Source: Candidatus Binatia bacterium
GTDB taxonomy: Bacteria > Desulfobacterota > Binatia > UBA12015
Length of the DNA: 64,000 nt
Reading direction: 5' to 3'
NCBI GenBank assembly: GCA_965658895.1
Contig: CBFHUR010000002.1
Location: 21,451 to 85,450 of the forward strand
The translations under genes and the position numbers were made by a program. Below the pieces are notes generated by a model, which was not told where the DNA came from, ran no database searches, and worked only from the letters and a program-made list of their open reading frames with translations. Below are positions 39,325 to 47,830 of this stretch, piece by piece (position 1 is the stretch's first letter; every line of letters begins with the position of its first letter).

Positions 39325-40190
39325 GGGTTCTCCACGCTGAGGAAAGGCCAGAGCCACCATTCTCCGGGTTGGCGGCGGAGGGTTTTCCGGATCCAGTGGC
39401 CGACGGCCTGGGCGAGTTCTTCTTCTGGCCCCGCCGGGATCGGGGTGTCCTGTTGCACATGAATCCGATGGCCCTTGCTGTGGCCAAGAACAGGCACGAG
39501 AGGAACCTGCGTGAGAGCCGCCAGTCGCAGCAGGCCGGAAGCAATAACGACTTGTTCCCCAAACAAGTCGATCACCCGTGAGCGTTGTCCGGTTGTCGCC
39601 GGGACATCGATCGAGGCAAAGATCGAGCGTCCTTCGAGAAGCTCGTGGCGTGCCTCGAGCGCGCCGCGGCCGTCATCCGGAATAAACGAACTCTCTGCCA
39701 GAGATTCCATCCACGCTACCTTCTGTCGGCCCCAGGCTTTCCGGGCGGGTGGAAGCGGGTTGTCCTCATCGAGAGGGCGACCGATCAGGCGAACGGGAAG
39801 CCCCAGAGACGATCGCAGGTAAAGAAAGGCGAGCATGGGGCTGCCCCAATGCATGCTGATGAAAATACAAGGTCCGGAAACCGAGGTGTTCTTTCGATCC
39901 GCGACCACCGATTCGGCGATCGGGAGGCCCGCAAGCCGCAACCGGGCCGAGTCGGCCTCTTCACGAGCTTCGGACGCCAGACAATTCCGGTAGATCGCCC
40001 GTGCTTCGTTTTCTTCGATTTGGAGGGCTTGCGCGATACGTGTGGTCGCCACGCGCCGTCGGTCCGGCTGCAAGACCTCTTCGATTCGCGCCACCAGATA
40101 CGTGTAGGCGTCGCTGCCCCGGGCGCTGCGAGCCGCCAGGCGGTCCAGCAGCAGGTAGCGGCACTGCTCCCATGGGGCCAGGAGGTTCAT
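39321..40190 (-). CDS. LpxL/HtrB-like (lysophospholipid/lipid A type) acyltransferase. The HX4D motif appears degenerate (HWGSP).
   Basis: C-terminal 'RRQPGEWWLWPF' resembles the LpxL-family 'R.PEQW.W.H.R' tail. Mid-region 'ISMHWGSPMLAFLYL' occupies the HFGNWE position. Weak, sequence-pattern level only. Confidence 0.45.
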   Translation of the reverse strand: MNLLAPWEQCRYLLLDRLAARSARGSDAYTYLVARIEEVLQPDRRRVATTRIAQALQIEENEARAIYRNCLASEAREEADSARLRLAGLPIAESVVADRKNTSVSGPCIFISMHWGSPMLAFLYLRSSLGLPVRLIGRPLDEDNPLPPARKAWGRQKVAWMESLAESSFIPDDGRGALEARHELLEGRSIFASIDVPATTGQRSRVIDLFGEQVVIASGLLRLAALTQVPLVPVLGHSKGHRIHVQQDTPIPAGPEEELAQAVGHWIRKTLRRQPGEWWLWPFLSVENP

Positions 40191-40423
40191 TGCCTCGGCG
40201 CATGCTCGATCATGCGCATCACGTCGTTTACCGAGAGGGTTTCGATCAGAGCATCCCCGGGAAGTCGAACCTGAAAATCGCTGTCGATGGCAGTGGCGAT
40301 CTCGACCAGAGAAAGAGAGTCGAGATCGGCGAGATCGGCAAGCCGGCTCTCCGGGCGCACCTCCGCGGCGGGAAGGTCAAGGGCGATGGCGATCGTGGCG
40401 CAGACTTTTTCGACTTCGATCAT
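40187..40423 (-). CDS. acyl carrier protein (stand-alone, dedicated)
   Basis: 78 aa with a 'LADLDSLSLVEIATAIDSDF' phosphopantetheine-attachment DSL motif. ATGA overlap with the acyltransferase. Confidence 0.8.
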   Translation of the reverse strand: MIEVEKVCATIAIALDLPAAEVRPESRLADLADLDSLSLVEIATAIDSDFQVRLPGDALIETLSVNDVMRMIEHAPRQ

Positions 40424-40480
40424 GGATGGCTCTGAATCGACGGGAACCCCGTTTGATGCAGGGTGCAGGATCCGAGCACC

Positions 40481-40837
40481 TCAAACTTCCAGATCCGTGC
40501 TGAGAAAGACCTCATGGATGATCAGCTTGTTGGGCCCGGCAAACATTCCCTCGGGGGCCTTGTTTCGATGGGCTTCGGCGAAAGACGGGCTTTTGGTCCA
40601 CGCGGTAAAGTCCTCGAAGCTCCGCCACCAGGTCTTGACCTCATAGTAGCCGGGTTCGTCCGGATTGGCGGCCCATTCGCCGGTGGCATGGTCGAGTTTC
40701 ATCGGCTTGGGCCGATGGACTTCGTTGCGAATGAAACCCGGAGATTGGTCCACCAGATGAACCCGTTTGCGAAAGCGATCTTCGAAATCAGCTTCGAAGC
40801 CTTCAGATACAGGGATACGATTGGTTACGAGAATCAT
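40481..40837 (-). CDS. ABM (antibiotic-biosynthesis monooxygenase / Dabb) domain protein
   Basis: Ferredoxin-like ABM pattern 'MILVTNRIPV..GFE..FE..F...V.L...PGFI..EV.R........YEVKTWWRSFEDFTAWTKSPSFAEAH'. Confidence 0.55.
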   Translation of the reverse strand: MILVTNRIPVSEGFEADFEDRFRKRVHLVDQSPGFIRNEVHRPKPMKLDHATGEWAANPDEPGYYEVKTWWRSFEDFTAWTKSPSFAEAHRNKAPEGMFAGPNKLIIHEVFLSTDLEV

Positions 40838-40918
40838 GCCGGGATCCTAGCACCCCGCCCGCCTCTTTGCGCATGATCCGGAGTTGGTACCCGGGCCGAC
40901 TCCATAATAAGGTTCCTC

Positions 40919-42451
40919 ATGCCGCGGGCCCCTACGCTTTCCAAGAGTCGATTTACCTACGGCCTGCAATGTCACAAACAACTCTGGTGGCGCTGTTTTG
41001 ACGGGCGTGCCCCCGAGCTTGTTCCCAGCCCCACACAAAAGGCGGTTTTCAACCGGGGTCATCGTGTGGGGGACCTCGCGCAGAGCTATGTTCCCGGTGG
41101 TTTCCGTGTGCCCTATGATGGGCGACAGAAAAAAAAGGCGATCGCGGCCACCGCCCAGGCTCTCGATGCCGGAGAAACGATCCTTTACGAGGCGGCTTTT
41201 GCGTTCGAGGAAGTGTTTGTGGCCGTCGACATCCTTGTGCGGGACGAGCACGGCTGGACCTTGATCGAAGTGAAATCGGCCACCAGCGTCAAAGAGCAAT
41301 ACATTCCCGACGCGGCAGTCCAGGCATGGGTGGTGCGGGCCTCGGGATTGCCCGTGGTCCGGATCGAGTTGATGCACCTTAATCGCGCTTGCCGCTACCC
41401 GGGCCTCGAGGATCTTTTCCGGCGCGCGGATATCACCGAACGCGTGGAGGAGTTCATTCCGCAGGTGCCCGCTGAACTTCGGGCACAAAAGGCCATGCTC
41501 GATTTGCCGATTCCCATCCTCGACCCGGGAGCGCATTGTTTCCGACCTTATGAGTGTCCATTTCTCCGACGCTGCCAGGAGCCAAACGCCCCGGGACATA
41601 TTTCCGAGCTTCACGGCCTCGGGCGGTCAGGTGCTGCAGACTGGATCGATGCTGGACAAGAGACCATTCTCGACCTGCGCGCGGATCAAGTCGCCGGAAA
41701 GGCGATCTGGTCACGGCAATACGAGGCTGCTTCGGTCGGCGGCTTGGTCTGCTCATCCCGACTGCCGGAGGTAGCTCCCCCGGAAACGGGCCGGGTGGGA
41801 TATCTCGATTTTGAAACTCTGGCGCCGGCGATCCCGATCTGGGAAGGGTGCGGGCCATTCCAGAACGTTCCGGCGCAATTCTCGCTGCATATTCGCGAGC
41901 AGGGCCAGCTGGAACATCATGAATTTCTCGCGACGCCCGGGGCCGACCCTCGGCCCGCGGTGGCTCGGGCTCTGGCTCGGGCCCTCGGCGGTTGCACGGT
42001 CTTGTTTGCCTATGATGCGGATTTTGAGCGTCGCTGTCTGCGCCAATTGGCGGCATGGGCAACTCTGGACATTTCGGGAAGCTCGGGAACCCAAGAACCC
42101 GATGGACTCGGGGCTTCGGAGGCCTCCGAGATTCTGCTCGCGATGGCCGATAAGGTAGAAGACTTTCAGCCGCTGGTGCGGAACCACGTCTACCACCCTG
42201 ATTTCAAGGGCAGTTTCAGCCTCAAGGTGGTCCTGCCGGTCCTCGTTCCGGAAATGGATTACAAGGATCTGCGTATCGCTGACGGCCAGTTGGCGAGCGC
42301 GGACCTCGAGACGCTGCTTCTCCGGCCGGAAATCTGGCCGCAGTGGCGGCAGGATCGGACTCGCAAGGAACTCCTGGCGTATTGCGCGCGGGACACCTTG
42401 GCGCTGGTCGGTCTTCACGACTGGTTTCTGGGCCGAAAAAGGCCGGGTTGA
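40919..42451 (+). CDS. DUF2779-type protein: N-terminal Cas4/RecB-like PD-(D/E)XK nuclease fused to a C-terminal DEDD (DnaQ-like) 3'-5' exonuclease fold
   Basis: 'LSKSRFTYGLQCHKQLWW' start, 'VDILVRDEHGWTLIEVKSA' (D..EVK), Cys cluster 'HCFRPYECPFLRRC', then 'YLDFETL', 'LFAYDADFERRCL' and 'YCARDTLAL' exonuclease motifs. Confidence 0.55.
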   Translation: MPRAPTLSKSRFTYGLQCHKQLWWRCFDGRAPELVPSPTQKAVFNRGHRVGDLAQSYVPGGFRVPYDGRQKKKAIAATAQALDAGETILYEAAFAFEEVFVAVDILVRDEHGWTLIEVKSATSVKEQYIPDAAVQAWVVRASGLPVVRIELMHLNRACRYPGLEDLFRRADITERVEEFIPQVPAELRAQKAMLDLPIPILDPGAHCFRPYECPFLRRCQEPNAPGHISELHGLGRSGAADWIDAGQETILDLRADQVAGKAIWSRQYEAASVGGLVCSSRLPEVAPPETGRVGYLDFETLAPAIPIWEGCGPFQNVPAQFSLHIREQGQLEHHEFLATPGADPRPAVARALARALGGCTVLFAYDADFERRCLRQLAAWATLDISGSSGTQEPDGLGASEASEILLAMADKVEDFQPLVRNHVYHPDFKGSFSLKVVLPVLVPEMDYKDLRIADGQLASADLETLLLRPEIWPQWRQDRTRKELLAYCARDTLALVGLHDWFLGRKRPG

Positions 42452-42558
42452 GGTTCCGGGCTTCGGCGGCTTGCGAAACTCTCCGGGAGTGTTTGGGTGG
42501 AGGCAGGGAGCGGGTCGTCCGCCCCATAAACCGCAAGCGATGATCAGGAGTAGGACAA

Positions 42559-43161
42559 ATGAGTGTTTTGGTAGGTAAGTCGGCCCCCGACTTTGAATGT
42601 GCAGCCGTTCTCGGTGATGGAACGATTCAGGATGATTTCCGCCTCTCCGAGGCGACCAAGGGTAAATACGCCCTGCTGGTCTTTTATCCGCTGGATTTCA
42701 CCTTCGTCTGCCCCTCGGAGCTGGTGGCCCTTGATAATCGGATCGAGCAGTTCAAGGAGCGCAACGTCGAGGTGATCGGTATTTCGATTGATTCGCAGTT
42801 CACCCATCATGCATGGCGTGAGACGGCACCCGAGAACGGTGGTATCGGCCCCCTGAAGTATACGCTGGCCGCCGACACCAAACACGAGATCTGTCAGGCA
42901 TATGATGTCGAGTCTGACGGTGGGGTGGCCTTTCGGGGCGCCTTCCTGATTGACACCGACGGTGTTGTCCAATCCCAGATTGTCAATAACCTGCCGCTGG
43001 GTCGCAACATGGATGAGCTCATCCGACTGGTCGACGCCCTGCAGTTCCACGAGGAACATGGTGAGGTTTGCCCCGCGGGTTGGCAGAAGGGGGACCAGGG
43101 AATGACCGCCGATGCTGACGGTGTTGCCTCGTATCTGAAGGATAACGCAGAAAAGCTCTGA
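42559..43161 (+). CDS. typical 2-Cys peroxiredoxin (AhpC/Tsa family)
   Basis: 'FTFVCPSE' peroxidatic Cys, a 'VCPAGW' resolving Cys and an RBS CAGGAGTAGG. Confidence 0.85.
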   Translation: MSVLVGKSAPDFECAAVLGDGTIQDDFRLSEATKGKYALLVFYPLDFTFVCPSELVALDNRIEQFKERNVEVIGISIDSQFTHHAWRETAPENGGIGPLKYTLAADTKHEICQAYDVESDGGVAFRGAFLIDTDGVVQSQIVNNLPLGRNMDELIRLVDALQFHEEHGEVCPAGWQKGDQGMTADADGVASYLKDNAEKL

Positions 43162-43165
43162 TCAT

Positions 43166-43199
43166 TTCGCATCGGGTCCCGCAGGTAACGGGACCCGGT
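43166..43199 (+). terminator. GC-rich hairpin (GGGTCCCG-caggtaa-CGGGACCC, extendable) immediately after the peroxiredoxin stop. No T-run.
   Basis: Read directly. It would be a T-tract-less terminator of the kind common in high-GC genomes. Confidence 0.4.
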
Positions 43200-43248
43200 G
43201 CGATCTTGCTTTCGGCCGCTTTCCCGGGTCGTCGGGCAGGGGCTCTGG

Positions 43249-43959
43249 ATGATGCCGCAAACCGATACATCTCCCCGGCCCAAAGAGCTTGGCCCCGAAA
43301 CGACCTTTCGGGTTTTTGCCTACGGCTCTCTCTTGTTTGAGCCCGAGTGCCCAGCCCATCTTCGGGAGACCTTTCCCGCAGAGCTGCCCGGCTTTCGGCG
43401 TGCGTTCAACAAGATCAGCCTGCGCCGCGCGACTGCTTGCGCCGAGAGCTTCAATGCCTTTGCCTTGCCGGGGGATCCCTTCCAGCGAGAGGGCAAGAAC
43501 CTGTCTCTGGCGCTCGGAACCGAATCCGCTGTTGGCGAAAGCATTGTCGGTGGATTGCAGGTCTATCCGACCGGGCATCGACCCGAGGTGCAACAGGCGC
43601 TGGACCAGCGGGAAGGTTTCTCGGCAGATCGGCCGTTGTTGCAAAATGGCTACCTCCGCTCCGAGGTGATCGTGCGTCGGGAAAAGCAATCTCTTCGGGC
43701 GATCACCTATCTGACCAATCCCGATGATGGGTGCGCGTGGACGATCGGCCCGCAAGTCGACGTGCTCCTGCGGGCGAAGGTCCTGATCAATGCTACGCCG
43801 ATCGAGGTTTCTTCGGGGTTGGCCCGGGGTCTCGATTATCTCCAAAAGACGCGGAAGGAACTTGCCTCGATCGGGGAGCGTGACCCGGCCCTCGAGGAAC
43901 TGGTCCGAGCCGTCCATCGCTTCGAAGGTCCCTGGCTTGCGAGAGTTGGCGCCTTATGA
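43249..43959 (+). CDS. ChaC-like gamma-glutamylcyclotransferase family protein
   Basis: 'FRVFAYGSLLFEP', 'ALDQREGF...NGYLR' and 'AITYLTNPDD' parallel ChaC/GGCT motifs (YGSL, LD.RE..gY, Y...N). The start is uncertain (43198, 43249 or 43252). Confidence 0.5.
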   Translation: MMPQTDTSPRPKELGPETTFRVFAYGSLLFEPECPAHLRETFPAELPGFRRAFNKISLRRATACAESFNAFALPGDPFQREGKNLSLALGTESAVGESIVGGLQVYPTGHRPEVQQALDQREGFSADRPLLQNGYLRSEVIVRREKQSLRAITYLTNPDDGCAWTIGPQVDVLLRAKVLINATPIEVSSGLARGLDYLQKTRKELASIGERDPALEELVRAVHRFEGPWLARVGAL

Positions 43960-46011
43960 GGGCGCCCCGGGGCTGGCCGCCTCATTACCGGCAGTGGTCG
44001 CGGCCGCGGCGCCAGAAGGTTCGGGCAAGATCCAGATCGGTGACGACCAGGCTCGTTCCTGAATAAGGGCGGGGAGATCCGAACGCGGCGCCACGCCCGC
44101 ACGCAGGGAATCCCAGGTCGACCAACGACAAGTCGGGTTCTCCAATGCGCGGACGTAATAGAAAGCTCGTTGGTTCGGATCGAAATCCGGATCACGCCAA
44201 CTGGCCCGCAATTCGCCAGCGCCTTTATCCTGCGAGTAGGCGCAATCCTCCAGATCGACCCGCGCGCCGTTGTCCGGGCAACGGTGGGTGTTCGGGTCCG
44301 GGTTCGCGCCGTCGGAGCACGTGACGTCATAGACGAGCTCGGCGGTTTCTCCGTCCTCGACCCAGCCTTTGATGATCTGGAGTCGCTGCAGCGGCGCGCT
44401 CAGGGCATCGCGAACAGCCCAGGCCAGAAAGAGTGGTGAGCCACCGGGCTCGGCCTGAAGATCTGCCCCCATCGTGACTCCGGTTTTATAAGCGGTGGCC
44501 ACGACCTGCGGGTCGTCGAGGATGGAGTCCTCCCAGCCGTATCCGGCAAAGAGACGGACACGGATGCGGGGCCCTGAAGTGGCAAAGGTCTCCTTGCGAC
44601 GGAACGCATCGTAGATCGAGTCGCGGGTATTTTCTTCCGCCCAGACCGCAGCCAGTCCGGAAGCACCGAAGTTGGTTCCGGGCCCATCGAAATAGGTTTC
44701 TCCATCGATCTCGGCGACCAGATCGCTGGCGAACATTCTGGCGCCGATGCCGAGCCACCAGGGCAGCGGGATCGATCCGCGCAACTCGGGCGTGGAGTCC
44801 AGAAGGCCGATCTTTGCGAAGTAATCGGATTCATCATCCGAGGTGGCGCCTGTATGGGTATCGCTCGCGCCGACAAACCCGAATTTATAAGGATTGGCAA
44901 TCCCGCTTTCCTCGAACGCCAGGCCGTTGCGCAAGGCTTCGCGCACATACCCGCCCTGAGCCTTGCTGAATAATGTGGTGCCCACACGTTGCTCCATCAA
45001 TTCGAAGGCGGCCCATTCATCGGTTTCCGAAAGCGAGGGGTGGGTCTCGGAGGTTCCCTTGACCTGAGTGATTTCGACCAGCGGTTCGTTGCGCAGTCGC
45101 TTGGTCGTATAGTCGTCGTCCATCGGATCCTCGGCCCAATCGACCAATTTGAACATTTGGCCATTGGAGCCATTGGAATTGTGCGGGATCGCCAGACTCT
45201 CGATTCCCTGAGCGCGCAATCCATCCATCCAATCCCAGAGTTTCTCGGGGTCGCGCGAATGGAATCTTGAAAACGGCTCTGCCGGCAGGCGGTTGGTATC
45301 GCGAAAAATGACGTTGCGATGCAGGTTGCCACTATCGTCGCTCGACGAAGTGTACTCGTAGCCCGCAAAGGTCGTGAATGTTCCGGGGATGTAGAACTCG
45401 TCGGCTGACTCGACAATGTCGAGCCAGGCACTTTTGGCAACACGCACTGCTTCGTCGCGGTCGATGGATCCGTCGACCATGCCGATGAGTGCGGCAGGCA
45501 CAAATCGACCGAAGATCTGCAGACGCTCCGGGGCGCTCAGCAAGCCCCGGTTTCCGTCGACATTGAGGTCATGGAGCGGCTCGGAGACCTCATATTGAGA
45601 GAATGCGCTTGTTGTATCGGCGGCCTCTGCGGCCAGGCCAAGAAAAAGAGCATGGTCGGTGACGGCGTAGAAATCCAGAGGTTCGCGTAGTTGCATTTCG
45701 AATCCCGCCGGGTGCTCGAGTGCCTCGCCCATGGCGTACCGATAGGCATCGCGCGGTGTCGCAAGAGTGCCGAAGGCGTATGCGTCAAAGGAGTATGTTG
45801 TGTGGACATGCAGATCCCCATAGTAGGCGTTGCGGTCGGGGTTGGGCATGGGGCGAATGTCAATGAAGTCTTCGCTGATCGTAAATTCCGAGTCGGCGAA
45901 TCGGGCCCGGGTTGCGAGCGGACTCATTTCGTTCAGGTCGGTGGTTTGTTCACACCCGATTGAAACCAGAACCACCAAAGCGGCCAGAAGCGTCATCATT
46001 CTCTTTTGCAT
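43954..46011 (-). CDS. DUF3604 lipoprotein (PHP-like metal-dependent phosphoesterase fold)
   Basis: Lipobox 'LVSIGC' and 'YYGDLHVHTTYSFDAYAFG' metal-binding start typical of DUF3604. Confidence 0.55.
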   Translation of the reverse strand: MQKRMMTLLAALVVLVSIGCEQTTDLNEMSPLATRARFADSEFTISEDFIDIRPMPNPDRNAYYGDLHVHTTYSFDAYAFGTLATPRDAYRYAMGEALEHPAGFEMQLREPLDFYAVTDHALFLGLAAEAADTTSAFSQYEVSEPLHDLNVDGNRGLLSAPERLQIFGRFVPAALIGMVDGSIDRDEAVRVAKSAWLDIVESADEFYIPGTFTTFAGYEYTSSSDDSGNLHRNVIFRDTNRLPAEPFSRFHSRDPEKLWDWMDGLRAQGIESLAIPHNSNGSNGQMFKLVDWAEDPMDDDYTTKRLRNEPLVEITQVKGTSETHPSLSETDEWAAFELMEQRVGTTLFSKAQGGYVREALRNGLAFEESGIANPYKFGFVGASDTHTGATSDDESDYFAKIGLLDSTPELRGSIPLPWWLGIGARMFASDLVAEIDGETYFDGPGTNFGASGLAAVWAEENTRDSIYDAFRRKETFATSGPRIRVRLFAGYGWEDSILDDPQVVATAYKTGVTMGADLQAEPGGSPLFLAWAVRDALSAPLQRLQIIKGWVEDGETAELVYDVTCSDGANPDPNTHRCPDNGARVDLEDCAYSQDKGAGELRASWRDPDFDPNQRAFYYVRALENPTCRWSTWDSLRAGVAPRSDLPALIQERAWSSPIWILPEPSGAAAATTAGNEAASPGAPS

Positions 46012-46174
46012 TTATTTTCTTTCTGCCTGTTCAAGGCAGCATCTTGCGCAAATTACGGGGGTTCCACGACAAGTTGTTCAGCCCGGTTCTATCGGGGAAA
46101 CGGCCTGCGGGGAACTGCAGGCTGCAGGAGAATCCGCAAAATCGGGTTGATCGGCCCGCGGGCATGCCAAACGA

Positions 46175-46552
46175 TCAGGTTTCCGAACCGACCGGGTCGC
46201 GATGGACGGTGTCGGGGGCGAAGGCGGGCAGGCAGATCGCGATATAATGAGCGCCGCCCGGCTCGGGCGTGCTGTAGCGAATCCATTCCCCGGCCTCGGT
46301 GACGATCGCCTGGCCAGCGCGCACTTCGATGGTTCCTGCTTCATGTTCGACGTACAAGGCACCTTGAAGAACGAGTGTGATCTCCTCGAACTCGGGTCTT
46401 TGGCCGGGTTCCAACCAGCCTTCAGGCGAAGTCATTCGCGCCAGACTGACGCTGGAATGTCCGGAGTTGATCCGGCCGGCGAACTCCTCGATCTTCTTCG
46501 GCTTCGTTCCGGCGGCCTCGATGATGGAGGGAGACGAAATTAATTTAGGCAT
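46175..46552 (-). CDS. cupin-domain protein
   Basis: 'EFEEITLVLQGALYVEHEAGTIEVRAGQAIVTEAGEWIRY' is a cupin two-motif barrel. Confidence 0.55.
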   Translation of the reverse strand: MPKLISSPSIIEAAGTKPKKIEEFAGRINSGHSSVSLARMTSPEGWLEPGQRPEFEEITLVLQGALYVEHEAGTIEVRAGQAIVTEAGEWIRYSTPEPGGAHYIAICLPAFAPDTVHRDPVGSET

Positions 46553-46612
46553 GACCGGACTCTTAGCCTTTTCGCAGCCGGCGTCACAGTCGTTTCTGCG
46601 GCATGTGCCGGC

Positions 46613-47683
46613 TCAGTCCGATGAGGCGAGGTTTCGGGCGACAGCACAGGTCCGGTCAACAAGATCCTCGAGGCGTAATTCGCCGACACCCGCGATCGTG
46701 ACGGCAACGCGCTCTTGCCATGGAGTTGTCCAATGGTTGGGGATCTCTCCCGAACCGAGACCCCAGAGGCCCCCGACGGTCGCACCGTTGCAATCCGTAT
46801 CCCAACCGGCGCTGACGGTTTCGCCGATGGCGCGTGAGAAATCGTTCGCGCCCTGCAGCAATCCCAGCACCACCACCGCGAGATTGTTGACTGTGTGCAC
46901 CGGGCTCAGATCCGCATAGCGCTCCCGAAGTTTCTGCATTCCATCGGAATCGGCCTGCAGGGAAATCGCGAAGTCGACGGCCTTGCGGCAATCCGAGTCG
47001 GCCGGAATCTGCTCGCAGGCCATGGCGATGGCTTCGAGAAAATCAGCTGTGGCAGGAATGGCCGCGCCGAGTGCGGCGATGAAAGCGGCCCCGTAGACGC
47101 CTTCGTCGCGATGTGAGAGTCGGGCGTCTCGCGAGGCGAGATCGGCGGCCAGCGCGGGGTCCCCGGGGCAGACCCATCCATAGACGTCCGCGCGGATCTG
47201 GGCACCGATCCAGTCGTTGTACTCATTGTCCGAGCATCGATCGAGTTCGAAGTTTGGCGGCGCCCCGAAGAGAAAGGCCGTTTCGGATTCCTGTGCCAGA
47301 ATATTGTAGGCGGCACGTTCGGCGGTGAAGGTGCCGCCTGCCGGCAGATAGCGCAGCCAGGCTCTTGCGACCCATGCGGTATCGAGGAGCCTGCCATGTT
47401 CTTCGAGCATCATCAGGGCCAGAACCGAGTACATGATGTCGTCGTCGGGCTCACTGCGGCAGAGGTATTCACGGCAGGAGTTCCTGCCGACAACATCCAC
47501 CATGGTTCCCGCGATATGGGGGACGTAGTCGCGCAGGGGCAGGGCTTCGGCGCGTTCGAGATAGGATTGCAGGGCATCGAACCCCTGCATCATGGACAGG
47601 ACTTCGACGGGTTTTCCGAGCTGGCAGCCGGAGATCCGACCTTGCCAGGCCCGCCGAATGCGAGAGGGGTCGACAGCAATCAT
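46613..47683 (-). CDS. ADP-ribosylglycohydrolase family protein (DraG-like), orphan
   Basis: 'GWDTDCNGATVGGLWG' and Asp-rich metal-ligand segments. No ADP-ribosyltransferase partner in the window. Confidence 0.65.
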   Translation of the reverse strand: MIAVDPSRIRRAWQGRISGCQLGKPVEVLSMMQGFDALQSYLERAEALPLRDYVPHIAGTMVDVVGRNSCREYLCRSEPDDDIMYSVLALMMLEEHGRLLDTAWVARAWLRYLPAGGTFTAERAAYNILAQESETAFLFGAPPNFELDRCSDNEYNDWIGAQIRADVYGWVCPGDPALAADLASRDARLSHRDEGVYGAAFIAALGAAIPATADFLEAIAMACEQIPADSDCRKAVDFAISLQADSDGMQKLRERYADLSPVHTVNNLAVVVLGLLQGANDFSRAIGETVSAGWDTDCNGATVGGLWGLGSGEIPNHWTTPWQERVAVTIAGVGELRLEDLVDRTCAVARNLASSD

Positions 47684-47830
47684 TTCTTTAGAAACTCCAA
47701 CACGGCACTCCCAACGGCCGCTTGTACAATGTGGGAGGCCCGCACTTGCGAGACGACCACGGGGCTCTCGCGCCGCCTCTCCGGATACTTGAAATATGGC
47801 CGGAGAACCCCATGCCCCTCGACGTCATTT

